The position numbers and the translations under genes are program-made. Under the pieces are notes generated by a model, which was given only the letters and a program-made list of their open reading frames with translations, searched no databases and was not told the DNA's origin. A stretch of DNA of 64,000 nt from Bacteroidales bacterium (GTDB lineage: Bacteria; Bacteroidota; Bacteroidia; Bacteroidales; UBA7960). Below are positions 49,996-62,337 of the stretch, one piece after another (the first letter of the stretch is position 1; every line of letters starts with the position of its first letter). The stretch is taken from assembly GCA_019429365.1 (NCBI GenBank), contig JAHYJD010000004.1:26663-90662 (forward strand). Reading direction: 5' to 3'.

Positions 49996-50910
49996 CTATT
50001 TACAAACCTCATTTGCTTTTTTTCTTGCTTTATCGTGTCCCAGATTTGCTGCTTTGTTCAGGTCTTCGCAGGCTCCGACAAGATCATTGGTTTGAATGCG
50101 TGAAAGGCCGCGCTGATAATAATTCTGCTCGGTGCGGCGGCTAAAGGTGTTTATCAGCATGGTATAATCAGCTATGGCTTGGGCGTACAATTCCGCCTGA
50201 AAATATGCCTGGGCCCGAAGTTGATAGTTGTCGGCGTAGTCGAGGCCGCGATCAATGGCAACACTAAGATCTTCGGCAGCCTGGGCAAATAGTCCTTTCC
50301 TCATGCAAAGCTGGCTGCGCTCCAGCCGCATTTCGGCATGGTCGGGATCCAGGGAAATGGCTTGTGTGAGGTCTTCGTAAGCCCTTTCAAAATTACCGTT
50401 TTTGCTGAATTGCTTTGCCCGCAAAAAGAAGGCGTTGGGGTTGTTTGGCGCAAGGCTTATGGCGCGGTTCAGATCGGGCATAACTTCCCCGTTTCTTCCA
50501 GCTTTCTCGCCCAGCTCAGCCCTGAGCAGGAAAGCCTTCACCAGCGAGGAGTCTATTTCAATAGCCCGATTCAGATCTTTAAGGGCCTCGGCGGGCTGCC
50601 CTTTTTTTACTCCGGTTAAGGCCCTGAAATAATAGGCTTCGCCGTGGTTGGGACGTAGCGCAATCACTTCAGTAAAATCACCGGCAGCTTGATTAAACCT
50701 TCCCAGCTCAAGGTAAACCTGGCCACGTTTAAACCAGGCCTCTTCCTGTGCTGGATTCAGTTCAATGGCTTTGGTAAAGGCTTCAATGGCCGCCTGGTAC
50801 TGCTGGCCCGAAAAATGCTGAAGGCCTTTAAGCAGAAAATCGTGCGAGGTTTGTGAAAAGACCGGAAGTGAAAAAAGGATAGAGGTTAAGAGGACGAAAA
50901 TTCGGGACAT
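49996..50910 (-). CDS. Exported tetratricopeptide repeat protein
   Basis: Signal peptide; repeated A..DF/L..AI.L.P...A...R units; C-terminal ACEDLNKAANLG. Confidence 0.9.
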   Translation of the reverse strand: MSRIFVLLTSILFSLPVFSQTSHDFLLKGLQHFSGQQYQAAIEAFTKAIELNPAQEEAWFKRGQVYLELGRFNQAAGDFTEVIALRPNHGEAYYFRALTGVKKGQPAEALKDLNRAIEIDSSLVKAFLLRAELGEKAGRNGEVMPDLNRAISLAPNNPNAFFLRAKQFSKNGNFERAYEDLTQAISLDPDHAEMRLERSQLCMRKGLFAQAAEDLSVAIDRGLDYADNYQLRAQAYFQAELYAQAIADYTMLINTFSRRTEQNYYQRGLSRIQTNDLVGACEDLNKAANLGHDKARKKANEVCK

Positions 50911-51048
50911 GTATGTTATAGAGAAAGTCTGGATAAATACTTTGATTTTCAGGCATTTGCCAATACAAAATTACTGCTTTCCTGCACGTAAAAAAAGGAA
51001 AAGCCCCTAATTATTTTCAGGGGGCATAATAATGCTTTTACAGAAAAA

Positions 51049-53994
51049 TTACTGCTTGCGCAATGACTGTATCAGTACGTCCACCGGGTGCAGGGCTCTT
51101 CGTCCGGTACCATCCAGAATCTGGTGGCGGCAACTGGTGCCTGAGGCAGAAATTATAGCTTGTTCGGGGGCCTGGCGGATGGCCGGAAACAGCTTCAGTT
51201 CGGCAATCTGCATACTTAGCTCGAAATGTTTCTTCTCATACCCAAACGATCCTGCCATGCCGCAACAGCCACATTCAATGCTGGTAATGTGATTGTTGGG
51301 CGGAATATGCAACATTTTTAATGAATAATCTGCTTTCGAAAGGGCTTTCTGGTGGCAGTGTCCATGGAAATAAATTTCATGCCTTTCGGCAGAAAAGAGG
51401 CTGCCATCGATACGTCCAGCTTCGTGCTCACGGCAAATAAACTCTTCTATGGTCAACGTATTTCTCGAAAGTTCTACTGCTGCTTCAGTTAGGGCTTCCG
51501 TGCAGAGGTCGGGGTATTCGTCTCGAAAACTTAGAATGGCCGAAGGTTCAATGCCAATCAGTGGCTCATTTTCGCTCACCAACTTATGCAGAAGGGTTAC
51601 GTTTTTTTGGGCCAGGCTTGCGGCCTTTTTAAGCAGACCCTTCGAAATGGCGGCTCGTCCGCTTTCTGCATGCTCGGGGATTTCAACATTATAACCCAGC
51701 CCATGCAGCAGCAGAATGGCATTGATGCCCGTTTGGGTGTCGTTGTAATTGGTAAATTCATCGCAAAACAGCCAAACCTTTTTCTGTCCATCGAGCTTTT
51801 CGTTGAGTTTTTTCAGGTTCCGGGCTGCCCATTTTTTCAAAGTAATTTTTTGCATAAGGGGCATGCTTCGCTTTAGCGAGAAGCCCATTATGTTTTTAAT
51901 GATGGCTCCGGTAATGCGATTTTTCACCAGTCCATTGTAAAGAGCTGGCACCAAACTGGCCAGACGGTTCATTTCCGCGAAAGCGGCAATAATTTGTGCC
52001 CTGAATGGGATGCCATGGGTAAGATAATATTGTTGCAGCACCTCAGATTTGTAGCGCCCCATGTCGACATTGGAAGGACACTCGGCCTTGCAGCCCTTGC
52101 AGGCAAGGCAAAGGTCGAGCACCTGCAGTAGCTCCTGGTGATCGAAAGGATTTTTTTTGCCAGAGTTGGTAACGATCTCACGCAGCACATTGGCCCTTCC
52201 TCGGGTGGTATCGGTTTCGTTGAGGGTGGCATGGTAGGAGGGGCACATTACGCCGCCCATTGTAGCTGGTTTCCTGCAGTCGCCCGAGCCGTTACATTGT
52301 TCCACCGCCCTGAGAAACCCGCGGGTATTGTGGTAATTAAAGAAGGTCTTAAGTTTGCGCTCGGGATGCCCTGGCCGGTAGCGCAAGAAGGTTTTCATGG
52401 AGGGAGTGTCGGTAATCTTGCCGGGGTTGAAAAGGCCGTGCGGGTCCCAGGTCTTTTTAACCTGTTGCAGCATGGCATAAACCTTTTCGCCAAGCATGAG
52501 TGGAATAAACTCACCGCGCAGCCTGCCGTCGCCATGCTCGCCACTGAGTGAGCCGCGGTAGCGTTTCACCAGCAAGGCAGTTTCCAGGGCAACCTTGTGG
52601 AAACGCTCTACATCAGCAGGGTTTTTCAGGTCAAGTACCGGGCGCAAATGCAACTCGCCTGTTCCAATGTGCGCGTAATAGACGCATTGGAGGTTCAGGT
52701 CCCGAAGAATTTCGTTGTGTTCGTCAATAAATTGTGGCAGGGCTTCCACGTGCACGGCAGCATCTTCTATAACAGCCACTGGTTTGGCATCACCGGGAGT
52801 GTTGGAAAGCACACCCAGCCCGGCTTTGCGCAGCGCCCAAACCCGGTTTATGTCTTTTCCGAAAATGGCAGGGAAATGAAAACCCAGTCTGGCCTCATGC
52901 ATCTCGGTTTCCATGGCAGCAGCTCGCTGCAGTATCTCTTCGCGGGTTTGGAAGGCAAACTCCACCACCAGTATGGCACCAGGATCGCCCTTCACAAAAA
53001 AGCGGTTTTGTCGTTGAGTAATATTGGCCTTGGTGCACTCGAGCACCTTGTTGTCGATAAGTTCGACTGCTACAGGCCCATGCCTGAGGGCGATGAGGTT
53101 GGCTCGCAGGGCTTCTTCCACACTGTTGAGGTGGACGCAAACCAGGGCCTGCTCGGGTGGGGGCAAGGGTACCAGGTTAAACGTAATCTCGGTAAATAGC
53201 GCCAACGATCCTTCGGAGCCGGCCAGAAGCTTGCAGAAATTGAAGGGCTCGGCACTTTCGCTGGTTATCGATGATTTCAAAAGGAGGTCTAAGGCATAGC
53301 CTGTGTTGCGGCGCCTGAGACGCGGGTCGGGATATTGCTGCCGGATTTCCTCCTGATTTTCAGGCTTGGATAGCAGTTCGTACATTTGGCTGTAAATCCT
53401 GTTTTCAAGGCTGTTGCCAATGCATTTCTTCCGGAAGGTTTCATGGTCGACGGCCTCGAAAAGGGCTTCGCTGCCATCGGCAAGAAGGGCTCTGATAGCT
53501 TTGGTATGATCGCGGGTGCTGCCATATACCAGGGAATGCGAGCCACAGGAGTTGTTAGCCACCATGCCAGCCATCATGCAGCGGTTGGAAGTAGAGGTTT
53601 CAGGGCCAAAAAACAAACCATGGGGCGCAAGGTATCGGTTGAGCTCATCGAGAATCACACCAGGCTCAACCCTTACCCAACGCTCCTCCACGTTCAACTC
53701 GAGAATGCGCGTCATATACCTCGAAAAATCGACCACCAAGCCATGCCCCACTACCTGCCCGGCAAGTGAGGTCCCCGCCGCCCGTGGCACTATGGGCAGC
53801 GCATGCTCGTTGCAGAAAGCAATGATCTTTTTTAGGTCACCGTTATTTTTTGGGCGGCAAACTGCTGCCGGCAGCTCCCTGTAAACAGAGGCATCGGTGG
53901 CATACAGCATACGCCAGGTCTGATCGAAGAACAAGTCGCCCTCAATTTGCCTGGCCAGCAGGTCGAACGGAAAATGACCGGGGTTTGATGCCAT
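51049..53994 (-). CDS. FAD- and Fe-S-binding oxidoreductase (YdiJ / D-2-hydroxyacid dehydrogenase family)
   Basis: LYATDASVY, GTSLAGQ, SGEHGDG, CNGSGDC, CLACKGCKAECP, HGHCHQK, CCGMAGSFG. Confidence 0.9.
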   Translation of the reverse strand: MASNPGHFPFDLLARQIEGDLFFDQTWRMLYATDASVYRELPAAVCRPKNNGDLKKIIAFCNEHALPIVPRAAGTSLAGQVVGHGLVVDFSRYMTRILELNVEERWVRVEPGVILDELNRYLAPHGLFFGPETSTSNRCMMAGMVANNSCGSHSLVYGSTRDHTKAIRALLADGSEALFEAVDHETFRKKCIGNSLENRIYSQMYELLSKPENQEEIRQQYPDPRLRRRNTGYALDLLLKSSITSESAEPFNFCKLLAGSEGSLALFTEITFNLVPLPPPEQALVCVHLNSVEEALRANLIALRHGPVAVELIDNKVLECTKANITQRQNRFFVKGDPGAILVVEFAFQTREEILQRAAAMETEMHEARLGFHFPAIFGKDINRVWALRKAGLGVLSNTPGDAKPVAVIEDAAVHVEALPQFIDEHNEILRDLNLQCVYYAHIGTGELHLRPVLDLKNPADVERFHKVALETALLVKRYRGSLSGEHGDGRLRGEFIPLMLGEKVYAMLQQVKKTWDPHGLFNPGKITDTPSMKTFLRYRPGHPERKLKTFFNYHNTRGFLRAVEQCNGSGDCRKPATMGGVMCPSYHATLNETDTTRGRANVLREIVTNSGKKNPFDHQELLQVLDLCLACKGCKAECPSNVDMGRYKSEVLQQYYLTHGIPFRAQIIAAFAEMNRLASLVPALYNGLVKNRITGAIIKNIMGFSLKRSMPLMQKITLKKWAARNLKKLNEKLDGQKKVWLFCDEFTNYNDTQTGINAILLLHGLGYNVEIPEHAESGRAAISKGLLKKAASLAQKNVTLLHKLVSENEPLIGIEPSAILSFRDEYPDLCTEALTEAAVELSRNTLTIEEFICREHEAGRIDGSLFSAERHEIYFHGHCHQKALSKADYSLKMLHIPPNNHITSIECGCCGMAGSFGYEKKHFELSMQIAELKLFPAIRQAPEQAIISASGTSCRHQILDGTGRRALHPVDVLIQSLRKQ

Positions 53995-54039
53995 GGGAAA
54001 AATAAATTACCGCCTCAAAACTGCTGTGGACGGCGGGTA

Positions 54040-54861
54040 TTACATACCGGGTTGTTTTTGGTAAAAGTTGGTGCTCTCGAAAATTTTATCGGCATTGGCG
54101 GCAATAAAGCCACTGTAAAGTTTGCCGGTCTTGTCGGGATGTCTAAGGGTGAATTCGTAAAAGCAGGAAGGGACCTCAAAAACTCCATCGGAAAACTCAA
54201 AGGGAATGATCTCGGCCTTTGTGGAGCTTTGCTCGAGTAATTCTTCGGGTGTCCCATAAATTTCGCTTCCACCCACCACATTCATCAGGTAGCCGTTGTC
54301 TTTTACAAATTGGTTGATTTCCTGCAAGGTGCTGAACTTTTTAAGTTCATTCACTTTGATAGCAAAGTGGTTGGCACGGAAACCGTAAACCAGTGTCCAG
54401 GCTGCATACTCATTCTCCTGGCGCAATGCATCGTAGGTTTCGAAAGGAATTTTTCCCCAGATGCTTCCCTGGTAAACCAGCATGGGATCCTTGTAAATAG
54501 CCTTATCGATGGCGTCGAGGCGCTCGCGAATAGTGTTTTGCACAAACTCACTGCATTGCTCCAGCAGCAATTCGCTGATGAAAACCTTGGGTGCTTCCGG
54601 ATCGGTTTTGTGTTCATAGTGCCTGCCAAGCACCTTTTTGGCCTTGAACTCGTAATTACCCTTTTGTTCATAACCATTGTCAGTGAAAATCCGTGCAATT
54701 ACATCCATATTTATCCGCGGGTCGTTAAAGGTTCGCAGGGCTATGTGATCGTGCACCACTCTTTCTCCCAAGTTGGTAAACAACTCGTAAATATGCATGG
54801 CCGAGGGGTTCTGGGTAGAGTAGGGTATCCAAAAACGGTTGAATATTTCGCGGGTTTCCAT
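54040..54861 (-). CDS. DUF1338 / HglS-like 2-oxoadipate dioxygenase-decarboxylase family protein
   Basis: HDHIALRT, PKVFISEL, NHF, LLEQSS, FYEF, GFIAANADKIFEST; ATG at 54861. Confidence 0.85.
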   Translation of the reverse strand: METREIFNRFWIPYSTQNPSAMHIYELFTNLGERVVHDHIALRTFNDPRINMDVIARIFTDNGYEQKGNYEFKAKKVLGRHYEHKTDPEAPKVFISELLLEQCSEFVQNTIRERLDAIDKAIYKDPMLVYQGSIWGKIPFETYDALRQENEYAAWTLVYGFRANHFAIKVNELKKFSTLQEINQFVKDNGYLMNVVGGSEIYGTPEELLEQSSTKAEIIPFEFSDGVFEVPSCFYEFTLRHPDKTGKLYSGFIAANADKIFESTNFYQKQPGM

Positions 54862-54940
54862 AATTCGTGGTTTTGGTTTGTTCAAAAGTCGTAAAAAAAG
54901 CGGTAGGTGCCAAGGCCTTTTTGCGAAAGCATTAATAAAA

Positions 54941-55402
54941 TTAAGCTTCGTTGTTTTCGTCCCCATCTTTGGAGAGGAGCTGGAGCAGGTTTCTAAGCAT
55001 CGAAAGAGTAAGCAATGGGAATGCAACGGTAAAAAGTATTTTCACCCAGGTCTTATCGAAAATGCCGCTCAAGATCAGGGTCCAGATGATGGCCAGAAAA
55101 AACAGGTCGACTGCTATGATGAGGATGTTGCCGGGGTCTTTTTGCATCCATTGTGGGAAGGGCAGGGGAGTGGCTTGATGAGAGGCAAACCTGATAAGCC
55201 TGTAGGTGCTAAAAACCCAAATGCCGGGCATGACAAAGCCAAGTAGCAAGCCCACTGCATTAAAAGGAAGATAGCCCAGCGAATAAACCAGGCCCATGAT
55301 AAGTTGACCAAAGAAATTCAGTTGGTAATTTGCGGTGGTCCCAGCCGATGCATTTATTAGTAAGGACATTATTTTTGAGGGGTTTTTTGGGTCGGAAGCC
55401 AT
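54941..55402 (-). CDS. Hypothetical membrane protein
   Basis: ORF with 3-4 hydrophobic segments; start uncertain (55402 or 55369). Confidence 0.6.
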   Translation of the reverse strand: MASDPKNPSKIMSLLINASAGTTANYQLNFFGQLIMGLVYSLGYLPFNAVGLLLGFVMPGIWVFSTYRLIRFASHQATPLPFPQWMQKDPGNILIIAVDLFFLAIIWTLILSGIFDKTWVKILFTVAFPLLTLSMLRNLLQLLSKDGDENNEA

Positions 55403-55521
55403 AACGGATTTCAATAATATGGATCATATTGTATTTTCAATCCAAAAATAAAGTTAATTTGCAATTTGGTTTGAATTGTTTTGCAGTTCTTTAAAATTAT
55501 CCACTAAACCACATGCAAGAG

Positions 55522-56910
55522 ATGAAAAAAACGGAAACCACTGGCAAGCTGATGCTATTTGCCTTTATCTTGTGTCTTTCTATGTTGATAACCAACGGAT
55601 TGTATGCCCAGAGCGAAGACACACAGTCGCAACCCCCTGCAAAAACGGGTTGGAGGCTTGGCGGAGTCTTGCCGACAATAACTTTCGACAGCGACCTTGG
55701 TTTTCAGTATGGCGCCCTGGTCAATCTTTTCAACTATGGCGATGGCTCGCGCTTCCCGCGCTACGACCATTCACTTTATTTCGAAGTGTCGCGTTTTACC
55801 AAAGGAAGCGGTTATAACCGCTTTTTCTACGATTCTGATCAGCTGGTAAAAGGCATCAGAACAACTTTTGACCTGAGCTACATTACTGACCCGCTCTACA
55901 GCTTTCATGGCTTTAATGGCTACGAGTCGGCCTATTGGGCAGAGCTGGTCGACCGTGACTTTGAGAACGGCGAATTCGATTATCTTAGCAGGGCCTTCTA
56001 TGCACACGACCGGAAAATGTTCCGAACCAAGATTGACCTGCAGGGAAAGCTTAGTGGCGAAAAACTGAACTGGGTTTCGGGTTTTGAATCGTACAATTTC
56101 TCTATTGGATCAGTAGATATTGAGAAGTTGAACAAAGGCAAGGAAGGCGACGATCTTTTGCCCGAAGTGCCGGGAATGTTCGATCGCTATGTGGATTGGG
56201 GACTGATTGAAGAAGGCGAAGCCGAGGGAGGCTGGGTTAATTACCTAAAAGCCGGGGTTTCGTATGACACCCGTGATAACGAGCCCAACCCCATGACAGG
56301 AGTTTGGTCGGAAGCCGTAATTATGATGGCACCAGGATTTATGGTTACCGGAGACTACGGGCACGCCAAACTTTCACTGACCCACAGGCAATATTTTACC
56401 CTGATTGAGGACGACCTTTCGTTTGCCTATCGTTTGGGATTGCAAAAAACCATTGCTGGAGAAGCACCTTTTTACGTGCAACCACTTTTGGTCACCTCTT
56501 TCTTGAGAGGAAACACCAACGAAGGCCTGGGCGGCTCGAAAAGCCTGCGCGGAATACTGAGAAACCGGATCGTGGGCGACGGCATCGCCATGGGTAACCT
56601 GGAGTTGCGCTGGAAGTTTGTTCGTTTTAATATCGGAGCCACAAATGTTTATCTTGGCTTGAACGGCTTTGTGGACGGCGGCCTGGTTTTTTCGCCCATT
56701 GAGATTGACATGAATAGCGTGACCTTAAATGAGGGTGAAGCCCTTAATATGTTCTTTGACCAAGATAAAGACGCCCTGCACATGAGTGCCGGCGCAGGCT
56801 TGCGTATTGCCATTAACCAGAATTTTATCGTGGCCGTCGATTTCGGAAAAGCCTTCGACAAGCGCGACGGAAATACCGGGCTTTACATTGGCCTGAACTA
56901 CCTGTTTTAG
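55522..56910 (+). CDS. Omp85/BamA-TamA-like outer-membrane beta-barrel without POTRA domains
   Basis: Signal peptide; SYDTRDNEPNP; GLGGSKSLRG (L6-type loop); NLELRW; terminal YIGLNYLF. Confidence 0.8.
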   Translation: MKKTETTGKLMLFAFILCLSMLITNGLYAQSEDTQSQPPAKTGWRLGGVLPTITFDSDLGFQYGALVNLFNYGDGSRFPRYDHSLYFEVSRFTKGSGYNRFFYDSDQLVKGIRTTFDLSYITDPLYSFHGFNGYESAYWAELVDRDFENGEFDYLSRAFYAHDRKMFRTKIDLQGKLSGEKLNWVSGFESYNFSIGSVDIEKLNKGKEGDDLLPEVPGMFDRYVDWGLIEEGEAEGGWVNYLKAGVSYDTRDNEPNPMTGVWSEAVIMMAPGFMVTGDYGHAKLSLTHRQYFTLIEDDLSFAYRLGLQKTIAGEAPFYVQPLLVTSFLRGNTNEGLGGSKSLRGILRNRIVGDGIAMGNLELRWKFVRFNIGATNVYLGLNGFVDGGLVFSPIEIDMNSVTLNEGEALNMFFDQDKDALHMSAGAGLRIAINQNFIVAVDFGKAFDKRDGNTGLYIGLNYLF

Positions 56911-56943
56911 GATTCCGGAGCATTTTGCTCATTTTGTGGCTTG

Positions 56944-56987
56944 AAAAATCCCTTAGTTATCAATTACTTTGATAACTTTGGGTTTTT
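56944..56987 (+). terminator. Hairpin, probable terminator
   Basis: AGTTATCAA-loop-TTGATAACT core with flanking AAAAATCCC/GGGTTTTT. Confidence 0.55.
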
Positions 56988-57064
56988 ATGGGTGGCCCCT
57001 TCATCAGGGGGTTTTCCAGTAAATTTTGTTGCTTCTTTTTTTAAGAGCCTGAAAAAATATTTTT

Positions 57065-57721
57065 ATGATTCGTGCGGAGAATATCCATAAATCTTACGGC
57101 GAGCTGGAAGTGCTGAAAGGCATCAGCCTTGACATTGCAGCCGGCGAAATTGTTTCTATCGTTGGCGCTTCGGGTGCTGGAAAAACCACCTTGCTGCATA
57201 TTATTGGCACCCTCGACGGGTATGATAAGGGCGAAGTGATTATTAACCAGCAAAACATCAAAGGTTTTAACGATCAGCGGCTTTCAGATTTTCGCAACCG
57301 CAATATTGGTTTTGTGTTTCAGTTTCATCATTTGCTGCCTGAATTTACGGCCCTCGAGAATGTTTGTATTCCAGCATTTATTGCCGGCAAAGGCAAAATC
57401 GAAGCCGAAAAGCGGGCGAAGGAACTGCTCGATATGCTTGGGCTTGCCGAACGTCTTGAACATAAACCTTCGGAGCTTTCGGGTGGTGAGCAGCAGCGGG
57501 TGGCCGTGGCCCGGGCCTTGGTAAACAATCCGGCGGTTGTGCTGGCCGATGAACCCAGCGGAAACCTCGACTCCAAATCGTCAGAAGAACTTCACCGGCT
57601 TTTCTTCTCGCTGCGCGAAAAACTGGGCCAGACATTCGTGATTGTTACCCACAACACCGAACTGGCTGATATGGCCGACCGCAAGCTGACCATAAAAGAT
57701 GGGTTGATTGGCAATAATTAA
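57065..57721 (+). CDS. lolD: ABC transporter ATP-binding protein, LolD-like
   Basis: GASGAGKTT; [10 protein letters not shown] (LolD motif); [10 protein letters not shown]; ADEPSGNLD. Confidence 0.85.
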   Translation: MIRAENIHKSYGELEVLKGISLDIAAGEIVSIVGASGAGKTTLLHIIGTLDGYDKGEVIINQQNIKGFNDQRLSDFRNRNIGFVFQFHHLLPEFTALENVCIPAFIAGKGKIEAEKRAKELLDMLGLAERLEHKPSELSGGEQQRVAVARALVNNPAVVLADEPSGNLDSKSSEELHRLFFSLREKLGQTFVIVTHNTELADMADRKLTIKDGLIGNN

Positions 57722-57777
57722 TAATAATAAATTATTAATTATCAACTATTTAGCATTGAAATATTGATCGTTTTGTT

Positions 57778-59835
<2,058 letters not shown>

Positions 59836-59861
59836 TTATTTGTTGACAAGCAATAAAATTA

Positions 59862-59888
59862 AAAAAAAAGCCGGTATGAACCGGCTTA
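59862..59888 (-). terminator. Intrinsic terminator after the USP gene
   Basis: AAAAAAAAAGCCGGT-atga-ACCGGCTT; the U-tract is on the minus strand. Confidence 0.75.
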
Positions 59889-59911
59889 AGTTTTTGTATT
59901 CGGTGCAGGCA

Positions 59912-60763
59912 TTATGGCCCACCAATGATAACTTTCAGGTCTTTTGAATTAATGCAGAGAACAGGAATTCCCTCTTTGTTGTAAATGATTTTTTCCTCTG
60001 GGGAACCAAAGGGATTCCAGGTAACTTTTTCCGGATCAGTACTCAGCATAATGGCGTCGGCTTTTTTCTCGATGGCATGGTTGATAATAGCCTGATCGAA
60101 GCCTTTCAGGGCCTTATGATAAGTTTCAGTGAAAGGAATTTTGTGCTTTTCGAGAATATGGGTTACCTGTTTCAGATCGCCGGTCATTTTGCGCTGGATA
60201 GGCCCATCGTTGGGGAAATAAACCAGTATATGGAAGGTTGAACCCAGGGCTTTGTGAAGTTCGATGGCCCATTTAACTTTTTGCTTTGAGCCAAGTTCGG
60301 TGTCGAGCGGATAAACAAAGCTGGCAAACTTGTTGCCTTCATTTGGCTTTTTCACCACAAACATTGGTGCGGGCGAACTGGTTACCACCTTCAGTGCAAA
60401 GCTGCCGAGCAGAAACTGCATGCCCTTCTTCCCATGGGTGCCCATAAAAAGGTAGGTGGCTTCGGTGTTTCTGGCAGTCTCCGCAATGGTAGTAAAGATA
60501 CTGCCGGTCGGGGCAAGGTAATCGGCTTCTACACCAAACTTTGCTTCCACTTTTTTGCAGATATCGAGCAACTTTGTGCCGACATGGTCCAGGGTTTTTT
60601 TCTCTTTTTGCAGATTGCTCTTGGTGGCCTGATTGACAACGTGAAGCACAATCAGCTTGGCTCCTGTGAGACGCGCCATTTGTGCCGCATTGTCAATGGC
60701 ATGATCGCCAATGCTTGTGAAGTCGGTGGCAACAAGGATTACTTCTTTTTTTTCAGGTTCCAT
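59912..60763 (-). CDS. Tandem-domain universal stress protein
   Basis: ILVATDF...LHVV; MGTHGKKG...GSFALKVV. Confidence 0.9.
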   Translation of the reverse strand: MEPEKKEVILVATDFTSIGDHAIDNAAQMARLTGAKLIVLHVVNQATKSNLQKEKKTLDHVGTKLLDICKKVEAKFGVEADYLAPTGSIFTTIAETARNTEATYLFMGTHGKKGMQFLLGSFALKVVTSSPAPMFVVKKPNEGNKFASFVYPLDTELGSKQKVKWAIELHKALGSTFHILVYFPNDGPIQRKMTGDLKQVTHILEKHKIPFTETYHKALKGFDQAIINHAIEKKADAIMLSTDPEKVTWNPFGSPEEKIIYNKEGIPVLCINSKDLKVIIGGP

Positions 60764-60836
60764 ATTGTGTGGGGTTAGGTTCCTAATGGCTAAGTGTGGT
60801 TATTAATAAAAGTCAGCCAATTTACAAAAAATTAAC

Positions 60837-61481
60837 TCATAAATATAATTTCTTATTGTAATTGACCTTTTTTATACTGATATCGGATGAAGAGTCAATA
60901 AGATCAAGCAGTTCGCGCACCTGTGAGAGGTTTTTTTTCTTCTTTTCGTCGCGCAGCAAACGTGCCGATCGGGTAAAAAAGCAATGTGTTTCCACAAAAT
61001 CGCGCTGTCGCTCGTACCAATCCCTGAAGGTAATCTTGCGGACACTGTTTTCGCTCCACTCACGGTGCAGCCTCAGGGCAGTAATAAAAAAGTCGTCGCG
61101 GCCAATGTAGTCCAGGTCGGCATCGCACAGAATTTCTTCCAGCAAGGTTTGGGGTTGCTGCGGCATGGTGGTCGATTCGATGAGCTGGCAAATTAGCGCA
61201 ACCTGCATTGGCGTATAATAAAAACCCGGAAGGGTTTCGCGTGCAAACCGGCTGGCAATGGGCTCGTTGTTGTCATACGACCAGATAAAGCCCGTATCGT
61301 GATATACCGCAGCCGTGAGCAGCAGAAGCAATTCTTCCTCACTCACCTTTTCCATAATGGCAAGTGTTTCTACCGAGCGGCAAACGTCGATGGTATGCTG
61401 TGCATTGTGGTAATAAAGGCTGGGTTTTAATTCCCTGGAAAGCTTTTGAAGCACAAACTCCTTGGCACGGGCAAAATCCAT
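60837..61481 (-). CDS. HD-domain metal-dependent phosphohydrolase
   Basis: YHNAQHT, AAVYHDTG, ILCDADLDYIG; ATG at 61481. Confidence 0.85.
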   Translation of the reverse strand: MDFARAKEFVLQKLSRELKPSLYYHNAQHTIDVCRSVETLAIMEKVSEEELLLLLTAAVYHDTGFIWSYDNNEPIASRFARETLPGFYYTPMQVALICQLIESTTMPQQPQTLLEEILCDADLDYIGRDDFFITALRLHREWSENSVRKITFRDWYERQRDFVETHCFFTRSARLLRDEKKKKNLSQVRELLDLIDSSSDISIKKVNYNKKLYL

Positions 61482-61671
61482 GTGAGAATCAGAATAGTTG
61501 TAGTATAGCAGCGTTTGTAAACCGTGCATGCCCTGATATGGATAACCATTTACAGGCGGATTTTTCCCGTTTTTTCGATCAAAAAATGCTAACATTCAAA
61601 CAAATAAAACGTCGGACAAACGCTCAACAAGGTTAAAACGTACAATTTTAATATATCGTATGTGCGGGTAA

Positions 61672-62337
61672 TTATTTTCCGAAAGGAAATTTGTAGTAAA
61701 CGGAATAATGCAGCATTACGGCGGAATTACCTTTGTTTCTGCCGAAGCCGCTAATGTAATAAGGGTTCATTTCGGAGCCCGGATTGCGGGCCAGCATCAG
61801 GCGCAGGCGCAGGTCCCAGCCCAGGTAAATGTGCCAAAACAGCTTGGTTTTCAGTCCTCCGCCAATCTCTGCCCAGTGAGCCGAATAACCTGCCTGCTCA
61901 AACGATCCTTCCACACTTCCCCAGTAAGGTTCATCGACTGTAATGCGGGGGGCCTCATGTGTGAGGGTGCCAAAACCATAGCGGAACGAAAGGAAAACTT
62001 CTTCGCCCTGCATGCGCGGATTGTCCTGCAGCAAATTGTAGCTTAAACCGGCACGAAAAAACACTCCACTGGCTTCGTAAGTATGGGTCTCGCGTTGCAC
62101 CCCAATGTCCATGTTTCCCAGTTCAATGGCGGCAATCCAGTTGGGACGCCACTCATAGCCCAATGAAGCCCCGTGCATAAACACTTCGGGCTCGAGCAGA
62201 TTAAGCGCAAGCCCCGACAAATCGTAGCCCAGGCTGAGCGATGGCCTGAAAACCAGTGTGTCGGCTTCCTGCTGGGCTTTCGCCGAAAGGCTATGGGCCA
62301 GGATCAGGATAAAGAAGTATTTTGATATGTTCTTCAA
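61672..62337 (-). CDS. DUF6048-like outer-membrane beta-barrel protein
   Basis: Signal peptide; alternating beta-strand pattern; YYISGFG; adjacent to the DUF6452-like gene. Confidence 0.7.
   Translation of the reverse strand: MKNISKYFFILILAHSLSAKAQQEADTLVFRPSLSLGYDLSGLALNLLEPEVFMHGASLGYEWRPNWIAAIELGNMDIGVQRETHTYEASGVFFRAGLSYNLLQDNPRMQGEEVFLSFRYGFGTLTHEAPRITVDEPYWGSVEGSFEQAGYSAHWAEIGGGLKTKLFWHIYLGWDLRLRLMLARNPGSEMNPYYISGFGRNKGNSAVMLHYSVYYKFPFGK

Noticed and set aside
57716-57760. AT-rich ATTATTA-like repeats between lolD and ligA
   Set aside because: Too short and low in complexity to distinguish from background AT-rich intergenic DNA.
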